A DNA stretch of 64,000 bases from Glaucostegus cemiculus (Eukaryota), in assembly GCA_976551045.1 (NCBI GenBank), contig CDPCPM010000776.1, positions 248,001 to 312,000 of the forward strand. Reading direction: 5' to 3'. Numbering within the stretch: the first letter of the stretch is position 1; each line of letters opens with the position of its first letter. Below the pieces are notes generated by a model that did not search any database, was not told the DNA's origin, and was given only the letters and a program-made list of their open reading frames with translations. This document shows positions 50,035 to 61,315 of the stretch, piece by piece. A program made the translations under genes and the position numbers.

Positions 50035-51880
50035 AAGAGCATACAAAACCCAAGCAAGTGTTAACCATTCAGTCCCTTGTGTTTGCTTCCCCATTTAATG
50101 AGCTAAATCTGATCTTTTACTTCAGCACCATTTTGTTGCTCTAACCCATATCCCTCAAAAACTAAAAATCTATCAGTCTTTGTCTGGAAAGTATTCTGTG
50201 ATTGAGCACCCATTGCTCTCTTGAGCAGAGAATTCCAAAGATACACTACCCTCTGGGTGAAGAAATTTCTTCTCACCTCTGATTACTTATTTTGAGACAG
50301 TAACCCCAGATTCTAGATACTCAAGCCGGGGGAATTAACTATCCCGTTAGGACTCATTAGAATTTTCTATATTTCAATGAGATCACCTCACATGTTTCTA
50401 AACTCAAGAGCTTAGGCACAGGCCCAGTCTGTTTGGTCTCTTATAGGTTAATTTCAGGAATCAATCTATTGAACCTTTGCCACACTCTCTCAATCACATA
50501 TATATCCTGTCTCAGGTAAGGAGACCGGACCTGTACACAATACTCCAGTTGTGAATTCACCAGCACTCGCTATAACTGCAGTAAGGTGTCTTTATTAATG
50601 CACTCAAATTATCACGTAATCAAGGCCTGCATATTGTTTGCCTTTCAAATTGCTTCCTGTTGTTAGCTTTGGTGACTTGTGTACAAGGACACCCAAGTAC
50701 CTCTGAACACCAATACATTTGCACATATTCAATCTACCATGTCCTCACCCATTTCACTTGACCAGTCTATGTCACCCTGAAGCATTCTCCCCACATCCCA
50801 CACCCAGCTTTGTATCATCCTCAGACTTGGATATATTACACCTTGTTCTCTCCATTGATCGATACAGATTGTGAACATGTGAATGCTGCAGCATCCCACC
50901 AGTAACAGCCTCCCACCCTGAAAATGACCTGACGACCTGACTCTTTCTGTTAATCAGTCCTTGGTCTATGCCAGCACTACCCCCAATCTCATGTGCTCCA
51001 AGTTTGTTTAATAACATCACTTGTTACATCTTATCAAAGGCCTTCTGAAAGTCCTAATACTCCACATTTGTTTCTTCTCTCTATCTATTCTAGTTGTGAC
51101 TGCAAACAGCTCTGACATGGTTTCCCTTTCATTAGTTCATGTTGACTCTGTCCAATTCTATAAGTTTCCTCTCACTTCTTCTTTAATAACTCTAGCAATT
51201 TTCCTACAGGTGGCATTATGCTACCTGATTGCTTTAACTCTTTTCTTAAATGGTGGGGTTAGATCTGCTGTTTCCAATCTGTGGGAAACATTTTAAAAGC
51301 AAAGGAATTCTGGAAGGTGACAGCCACTACATTCACCATCTTGATAGCCCTCTTTCAAAACCTTACATCGGGTCCTGAGGATTTATTTGCTTTCAGTTCC
51401 ATTAATTTCTCTGATATTATTTTTTAATTAATGTCCATTTCTTTCGTCTTCTCATTCATTCTGGGTCTGCTGTTCTCCCAGTTCTGGAAGATTTTTTGTG
51501 TCTTCCTCCATGGGGACATACGCAAAATATTTGTTTTCTGTTGTTTTCTTATTTCTTAAAATAACTTCTCCTTCTAAGATGTAGGGGACCAAGTTATTTT
51601 TCTGTTAATCTTTTCCTCTTTACATACTGTATCTATAGAAGTTTTCAGAATCTGCTTTTTGTGTTTCTCGCTAGGTTACTCTCTTACTCTACTATCCCTG
51701 TCCTTATAGATTTCCAGATCCTCCTCTGCTGAATTCCGAAATTTTCCCAGTCCTCAGATCTAAGTCAGTCCTCAGTCCTCTTTGGCAACCATATAACCCT
51801 ATTGTCTAATCTCATACTATTTTAAACTCCCATTGTTAGGCTTCTTCCAGCTCGGTTTTTATACCTTAAAGGGACATACA
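50035..51880 (-). mobile_element. Long degraded CR1 LINE
   Basis: Tail at about 50035; aatttcttcacccagagggtagt on the reverse strand; NISKSEDDTKLG; LLNKLGAHEIG. Confidence 0.8.
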
Positions 51881-51884
51881 TTTT

Positions 51885-52207
51885 CACGCAGCCCCCAAGC
51901 ATTGAACAGGTTCCGTTTTTACAGACACCTTTAAGTCGATTTTATCCATGAGTTGGAAAACACACAAAAATCACTCTAAAAGGTAACCATACCTTCACCG
52001 TATTGTAATAAATGGCATCAAAAACACATAAGGCTGATGAGAAAGAAGAATTACTAAAAGTGGAGAGAGAGAAGAAACTAGTTCTGCTGTCCATAGGAAC
52101 AAACATACGTACATACATCGGACATTTGAATGTAATATATTATGGGAGCTCATTCATATGTGTGGGTGCCCATAAATTGGGCATTTTTAACCCGGTGATG
52201 GCCTGTA
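51885..52207. mobile_element. Tigger/pogo-like non-autonomous DNA transposon remnant
   Basis: Degenerate inverted ends gcagcccccaagcattgaac...taagtcgattt and cataaattgggcatttttaacccggtgatggcctg-TA resemble Tigger-type TIRs as I recall them. Confidence 0.55.
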
Positions 52208-52355
52208 TTGTAAACAATGCATCAATTTTTGTAAACTATTGGCCATCGCTTGTGATACATATTAATAAAGTTTCCCAACCTGCCTTAGTTTATGCCTTAT
52301 AATCTTTATAGTTGCTTTATTAGCGTTACAGTATAGTGGCAGCTGTATTTTACAA

Positions 52356-52399
52356 TCTGCTTTGTACTTTGCAACTCCAGTTGCAAAGTACAAAGCAGA
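52356..52399. repeat. Perfect palindrome, 21-bp arms, 2-nt spacer
   Basis: tctgctttgtactttgcaact-cc-agttgcaaagtacaaagcaga. Confidence 0.95.
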
Positions 52400-52594
52400 G
52401 TGACTACAATATGGTACTTAAGCACTGCTCATTGAAATTCCATCTCCCTTAATCTTCTCCAGCAACCTTCTGTGCGTTATCTTTTCAAACCTGATATTCA
52501 CAGTATTGGAATAATGTCTTCAGATCTGTGGGATCATAGTTCCTTTGTACAATAGTGTGAAACTGGCAATAATGATTCAACAGTAGGCTTGATC

Positions 52595-53180
52595 CACCCC
52601 ATTTGTGCCAACAACAGAGGTGTCATCAGCAAATTTGTAGATAGCCACACAGTCATAGCTATAAAGGGAGTAAAAATACAGTCTGAGGGAATGTTAAGGT
52701 TTATAAAGTTGGTTCAAGAATCTGATGGCAGTGGGGAAGAAGCTGTTGTTGAACCTTGAGGTGTGGGTCTTCAGGCTCCTGTACCTCCTGCCTGATGGCA
52801 GCGTCAAGAAGAGGGCACGGCCCAAATGGTAGGGGTCCCGGAGATGGAAGACCCACATCTCCTCTTGTAGATGTTCTTGACGGTGGGGAGACCTGTACCT
52901 GGGAGCCCACCACTCTGTAGCCTCTTGCATTCCTGCACATTGGAGTTTCCATACTGGTACATGATATAACCAGTCAGAATCCTTTCCACTGTACATGAGG
53001 TTTGTCAGAGTCTTTGATGACATGCTGAATCTCCTAAGAAAGTAGAGGTGCTGATGCGCCTTCTCTGTAGTGGGTCCAGGATAGGTCCTCTGAGATGCTG
53101 ACACCCAGGAACTCGAAGCTGCTCACCCTTTCCCCTGCAGACTGGTGCGTGTTCGCCTGACTTCCCCTTCCTAAAGTCCC
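52595..53180 (-). mobile_element. Rex1-type LINE fragments
   Basis: KAHQHLYFLRR, LPSGRRYRSLKTHTSRFNNSFFPTAIRFLN; a separate YKFADDTSVVG piece at about 52600-52645. Confidence 0.85.
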
Positions 53181-53903
53181 ACCAACCTCTGGATAAAAAA
53201 TAACTTCCTCATCTCCCCCCCTTACTTCTTCTACCAACTACTTTAAATCTGTCCTCTTGTCTTTTAATCCCTATGCCAGGAGAAATCAGTCCTTCCTATT
53301 TAGTGTTTCTAGGACCTTCATAACTTTATACACTAGCATGAAGTCTCGCCCAGCACCTATGTTCCAAAGAAAATAATCTTGACCTATCCAGTCTTATATT
53401 GACAATTTACAATGCTAGCAATAAATCCAACGATCTTTCTACTCTCCCGCAGTGCAATCGCATCTTTCCCCTGTTGTAATGTGGCGATGGAACTGTAATC
53501 CATACTCAAGCTGCAGTCAAACTAATGCATACTTCACTAAAATAAGAAAACGCTTTAACCGCTTTATTGATTTCCCACTTATTTTATATTCGCTTTCTTG
53601 TTGCACTCTCCCAAACACACTATCTTGCACACCTTTGGATTTAAACATCATTTGCCACTTTCCTGAGCTACTGACCAGACCATCTCTGCCTACCCATTGG
53701 ACTTTTCCTCTCTTTGCTTCAGATTTGCAGAACCTCCAGTTTTTGTTTACTCTCAAATGGAACGATAACCTTTTATCTATTGTACTGTACATTTACAGGA
53801 AATTTATCCAACTTATTAATTAATGAGTTAACAACCTGGCAATTAATTATTCCCTTTTTTCCTGTACCTCCTCCATAAACTATAAATCCATAAATGGAAA
53901 TAA

Positions 53904-54074
53904 ATGCACTGAGACATGCTTAAGCTGCACAGTACTATGCAGATAATCTTCCCCTATGCTAGGTGTACAGTGAATCTTATCAGAATAATATATGCACTGA
54001 GACATGCTTAAGCTGCACAGTACTATGCAGATAATCTTCCCCTATGCTAGGTGTACAGTGAATCTTATCAGAAT
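53904..54074. repeat. Exact 83-bp direct duplication
   Basis: atgcactgagacatgc...cttatcagaat at 53904-53986 and 53992-54074. Confidence 0.95.
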
Positions 54075-54168
54075 TAAGATATATAAAGTTTACATCCACA
54101 GAATTAATTGTTCACCTTAGTGAAGTGTATTTTAAACATTCCCAAATACAAAGCCAAGTGTCACTTAC

Positions 54169-54172
54169 TCAT
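54169..54172 (-). CDS. Putative first coding exon of gene B (ATG A only)
   Basis: Minus strand reads gcagcATGA|GTAAGT: A at -3, consensus donor at 54168-54163, phase 1 matching the 41796 acceptor, in-frame TAG 27 nt upstream, in non-repetitive sequence. Intron would be 12.4 kb versus 11.7 kb in gene A. No transcript evidence. Confidence 0.45.
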
Positions 54173-54924
54173 GCTGCAGAATGGAGTGAGTAATGTCTAA
54201 ATCCACGCTAGTCTCCTCCAACAAAATGATTCTCAGGGAGAAAGCTTGCACAGATAGCTTTCAAGTTTTGCTAGGTTTAGGGTGTTACCAGGAACAAGGG
54301 AGGAGCTATGATCTGTCGGAGCTACAATATGAATAAGGTCCTATCACTTTGCATAGGAACAGGAATAATCTTCAGCTTTGCTGTGCCGAGTGCAGACTGA
54401 CTAGGAGTTACTGATTTACAAGACACATCTCCCTAAATTTAGCAGTAGCAAATGTAAAAAATAATCTATATTCAATTTCCAAACATTTAACTTTGACTAC
54501 AGGTAAAATTAATAATATTAGAAATTACCTCATATTCTGACTGAAAACTCTTTTCACTAATTTTTCAGGATATGGGCAGTATTCATTGCCCATCTCTACT
54601 CCCCCATGAGGAGGCAGTGGTGAGCCACTTTCTTGAACCATTGGAAGCCCTCTGATGAAGATTATCCTGCAGTGTCAGGGAGGGAGTTACAGCATTTAGA
54701 TCCAGCAATGATGAAGCAATGGTGATGTATTTCCAAGTCAGAATGATGTGCAGTTCGGAGGACAAATACCTTGCCCCTGCTGCTCTCACCATCCCGGTGG
54801 TAGAGGTCATGGCTTTGCAGTTCACACTATGTTTGCATTTTACTTCATTGATTCAGTGCTTTCCTCCTCCAGGCAGCAGGCCATAATTCAGTAAGCAATT
54901 GACCTAATAATAGAAAAGGCTGGA

Positions 54925-55078
54925 AAGGCAGCACAGTGGTGCAGTCGGTAGAGCTACTGCCTCACAGCTCCAATGACCCAGGTTCGATCCTGACCTCCGG
55001 TGCGGTCTGTGTGGAGTTCGCTCATTCTCCCACTAACTGTGTGGGTTTCCCTCAGGTGCTCCAGTTTCTTCCCACCTC
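54925..55078 (+). mobile_element. tRNA-derived SINE 5' half
   Basis: ggcagcacagTGGTGCAGTCGG...GGTTCGATCC A/B boxes and V core, abutting a CR1 fragment at about 55090-55230. Confidence 0.85.
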
Positions 55079-57212
55079 AAGGTAGATACGAGACATAGAT
55101 AGGGTAGGTAGTCATTTTCCCCATGGTAGGGGTAGCAAAACAAGAGGGCATAGTTTTAAGGTGAAAGGAAGATGTTAAAGGGGAGTGAGGGAAAATTTTT
55201 ACATAGCAGATGGTTGATACCTGGAACTAATAAAGAATTAATGCACCTTGCCTGGCACAAAACCCAGACAACTTTCAGGAATAGACTTATATGGCCATAG
55301 ATATAAGGGAAGATTTAGGCCAGTCAGCCTACTCCGCTAGTGGCAGATAAATGGAAAATAACATGACTACAACTAATGTAACAGGCAATCATTAACACCA
55401 AAAAGAGATTAGCAGCATCCTCCTGATATTCACTAATGCTGACCGACTATCAACATCCTGCCATACAGAGAGGGGATGGGAAACCACCACTGGCCAGTTA
55501 AATAACTAGACAAGCCTTGTAAGTACTAGGACTATAAAAACCAGTACAAGTTGGGGTATTTTGTGCCTTGTTCACTCACTATCCATTCTCCAAGGTATTT
55601 CAAACACCTCCAAAGCAGAAGTCAAGAGTGTGACAGAACAGTCTCTTGATGAGTGCAACTGCAACATCACACAACACCTCAACAACGTCCAGCAGCCCTT
55701 CACCCCCGGCTCTGTATTATCTACAAGATGTAATTTACCATGGCCTCGGTGACACTGACTACCAAACCTACCACCTTTAAAACTCTGTTCGAGGCACATG
55801 GCATATCACAATCCTCTCCCAGTGGCCTGCATCCTGACTTGGGAATATGTCGATCTCCTTTTTTTGCTGTTGAATCTAACTCCTGGAAGTCGCTATAACA
55901 CTGTAGGAGCACTGACACCATGTGGGCTCCAAACTCCAAGGGGAAGAAGGTGACTCACTCCAAGACAAAAAAAGGTATAGGCAACAACTGTTCAACTTTC
56001 ACACACAACCCATCAATGAATAAATTAAAAGGCAGTCCACATTAACTGTGAGGTATCAAGGGAACGGCAGTATTTCAAGCTAAAGAGGACTAACTCTATC
56101 CAAAGTAGGAAGTCACAAAGTGTTTTAAAAACCATGAGGAAATGGAATTCCAGTTTTACCTTCTTTTTCATCCAATTCTCTTTTACAGAACCTATTCATG
56201 ATGTAGAGATATTAGTGGGTTGATTCCTGAAATCAATAGTGCAATGGAGCATAAATAGGGGTCTGTGATATATAGTCATAAAGAGACAGAGCTATTCACA
56301 AGTACTGGTAATACATTTATACATTACACAGAACTTTCATAACCGGAGTTACAATTGTTTCGCCCATGTACGTGTTCGTATGTGTGCAGCTAAAATGAAT
56401 GGATACTTCCTGGAGACATCAAAAATTTCAAACAAAATTGCAGGCAAACGTTCAGTTTATTAATAGGAGGTTCATATTCTGTTGAGAATTTATCAACCCA
56501 AGACATTAACTCTGTTTCTCTCTCACACACATGCTGACCCGATGAGTATTTCCAGCATCTTCAGGTTTTGTTTCAAATATCAAGATCTCCAGTTTTTTTG
56601 CTTTTTTGATTATCCAGACTGAGGAATTTTCCAGTGGAGAGAATCTTTACCAGGATCCAAGCACCCATTCTGGGAAATGTAACTCAATATCAGAAAGCCA
56701 GTTCTGTTTTTATGCATAGTCGTTTTTATGGGAATTCATCAAAAGATGTACTGTGATGAGAATGGTTATGTAATTTAACAGGGAACAAAAGAAAGCAAAT
56801 GCAGCAACTCTGGAGATAAGATATTACATCTCACTTGTCACATTAGTCTGCCAGCAACTATCCAATGGACAGAATATTTCTTCCCATTGACTACTGACAG
56901 TGCAGATGTACAGGTTGGGATAGAGGCATCAAATGTTCTTACATGCTGAAGGTCCATTAACCTATGGCTTGAAGCCAGGCCCTAGATTAATTTGCTTTTA
57001 GTCAGCAGCCTGTGACTCAGAGCAGCTGGAGCCATGAGACAAGAGTGATGCCACAGTTGTTTCCAATGATTGTAAGTGAGGTGCCAAGTGAGAACATGTT
57101 CCCACTGTTGCTGATAACATCGCAGAAAGCGACTGGCAACAGCACAGCTGTTGTGCACAACAAGAGCTCATAAACTATAGGCAATAATGATCTGGTGGTC
57201 CAGTTCCCGTTA

Positions 57213-57505
57213 AGGGCCGGCACGGTAGCATAGCAGTTAGAGTAACGCTATTACAGCACCAGTGACCCAGGTTCAATTCCGGCCGCTGTCTGTTAGGAGT
57301 TTGTACGTTCTCCCTGTGTCTGTGTGGGTTTCCTCCGGGTGCTCCTGTTTCCTCCCACATTCCAAGGATGTACGGGTTAGGAAGTTGTGGGCGTGCTATA
57401 TGTTGGCATTGGAAGCATGGCGACACATGCAGGCTGACCCCAGAACATGCTACGCAAAAGGTACACTTCACCATCTGTTTCAATAATAAAAATCTTAATC
57501 TTAAG
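57213..57505 (+). mobile_element. Full-length tRNA-derived SINE with Rex1-like tail
   Basis: ggcacggTAGCATAGCAG...GGTTCAATTCC, V core, ending aataataaaaatcttaatctta. Confidence 0.9.
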
Positions 57506-57529
57506 TGATGGATGGATCACTATCAGCCC

Positions 57530-58290
57530 CCGAAGTCCTAGGGAAAACCTACTGCTTTTCCTCAAAGCAGTGGGCAAGGGGTCCTTTCCATCCACCTGGG
57601 AGGGCAAACAGGACCCTTGTTAATGTCTCATCTGCAAGATCTGCACTGCATTATTCCTTCTATACTGGCAGTGAGCCCTCTCTAACTGTGTGGTGCTTCC
57701 TTGGTACTGCCCCACTGGAAATAAGGCAACCTTCCTTACTGCCCTTCCTACCATAGTTTTCCCTCATTTACCACCCCCCACCCCCCGACAGTGGGGTGCT
57801 CCCTCTGTGATGTCCCACTGACAGTGCAGTGCCCCCTCAGAACTGCCTTCTCAGAGTGCGACACTTCCCCAGTCCTCCACTGGTGATCGTGCGGTGCTCC
57901 CTCAGTGATTCCCTGAGACAGTGCAACATACCCCATTACTATCCCTCTCTGAGTGCAGAGCTTTGTCAGTACTGCCCCTTGAGTGGCATAAATTGCTCTC
58001 ATTAATGTACCCTGAGGGGACAGTGCTCCCTCATTACTGCCCTAAGACAGTGGTAGTGCACCCCTCATTACTGCTCCTCTGACAGCGTGGTAGTCCGTCA
58101 GTAATGCCCCTGTGTCAGTGCAATGCTGCCTCAGTCAGGAAGCACTGACGATGGGGCAGTCCATTAATAGTGCCCCTCTTACAGCACAGCACACGCTCAG
58201 CACTGCCCCACACACAGGGCGTAGCTCTCCACCAGCAGAGTTTGTCTGACAGTGTGGCTTTCACTCAGTCCTGCAGCTCTGACAATGTTA
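57530..58290. repeat. Deu-domain SINE remnant followed by a degenerate array of its ctgacagtgcag...ccctcagtactgc motif
   Basis: 57550-57645 resembles the Deu domain (ccacctgggagggcaaacagg...taatgtctcatctg); diverged ~33-bp units follow. Confidence 0.65.
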
Positions 58291-58466
58291 TAAGACATAA
58301 CATCTCTTTATTAGTCACATGTACATCGAAACACACAGTGAAATGCATCTTTGTTGTGTAGTATTTTGGGGGCAGCCACATGTGTCGCCACGTTTCTCGC
58401 ACCAACATAACATGCCCACAGCTTCCTAACCCATACATCTTTGGAATGTGGGAGGAAACCAGAGCA
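58290..58466 (-). mobile_element. SINE 3' half splitting the tandem array
   Basis: Nearly the same as 34690-34860. Confidence 0.85.
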
Positions 58467-58846
58467 TCCCTCAGTACTGCCCCTCTGACAGTGCAGTGTT
58501 CCCTCAGTACTGCCCCTCTGACTGTGCAGTGTTCCCTCAGTACTGCCCTCTGACAGTGCAGTGTTCCCTCAGTACTGCCCCTCTGACAGTGCAGTGTTCC
58601 CTCAGTACTGCCCCTCTGACAGTGCAGTGTTCCCTCAGTACTGCCCCTCTGACTGTGCAGTGTTCCCTCAGTACTGTCCTCTGACAGTGCAGTGTTCCCT
58701 CAGTACTGCCCCTCTGACAGTGCAGTGTTCCCTCAGTACTGACCCTCTGACAGTGCAGTGTTCTCTCAGTACTGCCCCTCTGACTGTGCAGTGTTCTCTC
58801 AGTACTGACCCTCTACAGTGCAATGTTCCCTCTGTACTGTCCCTCA
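58467..58846. repeat. Homogeneous 32/33-bp minisatellite, about 11 copies
   Basis: Unit ccctcagtactgcccctctgacagtgcagtgtt. Confidence 0.95.
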
Positions 58847-60579
58847 GTTGTACCATGAGTAATGCATTCAAAATAGTGTCTCATTTCCTTTGATTCCAAG
58901 ATTGTTTTATTTCAAAATATACTTTATTCATAAAAGAATGCAAAAGCATATAATAGAGAACAAACAGGTCAACATTGTCATAACAAGTCATCTTATTCCA
59001 GTTACTTAGTGCAGCATCATGTAGAGCCAGATGCCAAAATATTGGGATTTCTGAATAGCTGGGTTTCAGATTATCAGACTATAGTTTAACTAAGTATTGA
59101 AACGAAACTCTGTAGACAAAACTTAACTTTTTTTTATGTCCGTGCTGTTGTGAGTAGCTCTGTATAAACACCAGCCCAGTTGGCTAAAGGCTGACTCTCC
59201 ACTGTAGATCTGTTTCTCACAGCCCACAGCCTGCATTACGAGCTTTCTATGGCCTTGGTTCTCATAAAAAATAACATGAACTTTTCAACCAATTGTTGGG
59301 ATATATCAGAAACAGCACAACGTTCATCTGTTCACCCATCCAGCCCTGTTTTCCCAGGCACAGCCAATCACTCCTCCTGTACTTTTTTTGCCATACAGAT
59401 CAGTCTTTTTATAGTTCCTGTGTAATTAGGTAGTTGAACAGGCTGCTCCCACATGAATAGGCTGCACTCACAGTGAATTATAGCAGCGTCATATTCAGAA
59501 GCTTCTATTCACTTGTCAACTATTAAGATTTTCTCTACATTCTGTAGAAGAACTGTTTACAGCAAAGTCTGCTCCAAAAAACATCAGATGGTCTGGGCTG
59601 AGTTACACCAGAAAACCTCTGGAATGTCAAGTTCTGAACTCATGTGCAGGCTGGCCCAGAGCGCTTCATAGAGCTGTTATAAAACCCAGCATGACAAACA
59701 TTGCCTGCCTCACAAAATAACAACATCCTTTTTATATATAATATGTGGGTCTGTGGTGCCCTCTATCACTTAAGAGTGCTTAGCCCATTTCAAGTCATGA
59801 AATCTTCTTGGCCTAAAAATTTATTGGCATCTTTAACTGGCCAAGAAAAGGTTCAGCATGATTTTAAATGAGGCCCACACCATCAGTTACTACTGTCTGC
59901 CTGTAGCAAGGAGGGATATGGAGAATTGTGAGCCCAGCTGAACCCAGGAGGAGGTTTTTGGTAATGTAATTTGTAGAACAATGTGCAAGATCAGGAAATG
60001 CATCACAAGATCAGGGCAAATGGATGGGCAAGATGTCATGGGAGAGGAGGCAATCAGCTCAGTGTTTTGAGGAAGGATTGCTCAAGGGGAGCAGATACTG
60101 TATGGTTAACAATAAAGATGAGATGGGACCCAGCTGAGAGAGTGAGGATCTGCTCCAGGAGGCCCTCTTTAATAAGCACTGGGAATTTCCTATGGCAGGG
60201 TCCCTTGGAACAATGGGACCTAAGTGTGTTGCGTGGAAAGTGACATCATATGTGCCTAACTGGCGTGGAAATCGTGGACTTGCCCAAAGGGTGATTTGTG
60301 GTAAAAGTGCCTGGTCACCTCTCCAGTGGTACAATCGTAATCCAGAGCTGCTCACAATCATGTTCCACTCCATACATAAGTGATTTTCCGAAGCGTAATA
60401 CTGAACCAAAGGTGCCCCTAGACCCTGATGTGGAATACATTTCCTTTAATAGTTCAGCACTTTAAAATTGTAAGTGGGAATTGTGGGGAAACATCTTAAA
60501 GGGATCAACTTTGAGCACAAACTGAACCATACCAAAAATCAAATACTAGTCACAAGAGCAGGCCAGAGACCATATGTTC

Positions 60580-61315
60580 TGGGGTAATTGCTCACCTCCT
60601 TTTTCCCAAAGATATTAACTGTCTACAAGGTGCAAATCAGAAATATTTTGGAATTTTCTCCACTCAGGAAGCTTGGCATCATCTCGGGCAAATTAATGGT
60701 TCTGACTGGAAACCTATCCTCCACACTAAACACTCACCTTCTTCATCACAAGTGCACTGTGGTTGCAGTGTGTACCATCTGCAAAATGCACTTCAGTTAA
60801 TGCCTTGGCTACTCCACAGCATGTCCCAAACCCAAGACTTCTACGATCTGGAAGAATAACTGAAAGAGGGGAATGACATCATTACCAATAAAAACAGAGA
60901 AGGCTGGAAACATTCAGACAGTTTCTGTGGAGATAGAGAGACAGAGTTAATGTTCCTCTGAAGGGCATTTGAGCTGAAATGTTAACTCTGTTCTTCTTTC
61001 CACAGATGCTGCCTGACCAGCTGAGTGCTTTCAGGGTTTTCTGGTTTTTATCTCAAATTTCCGGCATCTGCACCTTTTTTGTGTACAGTCACCTCCAGGT
61101 TATCCTCCAACACACATCCTGACTTGGAAAATGTAACTTTGCCTTTATCACACTGGGCCTAAATCCTGGGACTCTGCCCAAAATAACCGGGAGTGCCTTC
61201 ACCAGAACTACTGCCACGTTGTAAAAGGGTGGCTCACCACCACTTTCTCACCCCCAAGGATGGACAATAAATGGTGGCCATGGCAGCAGTGTCTGCACCC
61301 TGTAAGTGAGTTTAA
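60580..61315 (+). mobile_element. Old LINE 3' end interrupted by a palindromic element (about 60888-61080)
   Basis: ILTVYKVQIRNILEFSPL remnant and ggctcaccaccactttctca...ggacaataaatg 3' end; insert has arms aaaaacagagaaggctggaaacattcag / ctgagtgctttcagggttttctggttttt. Confidence 0.7.

Noticed and set aside
56150-56172. ATG AAA AAG AAG|GTAAAA on the minus strand as gene B exon 1
   Set aside because: Phase 0, incompatible with the phase-1 acceptor at 41796.
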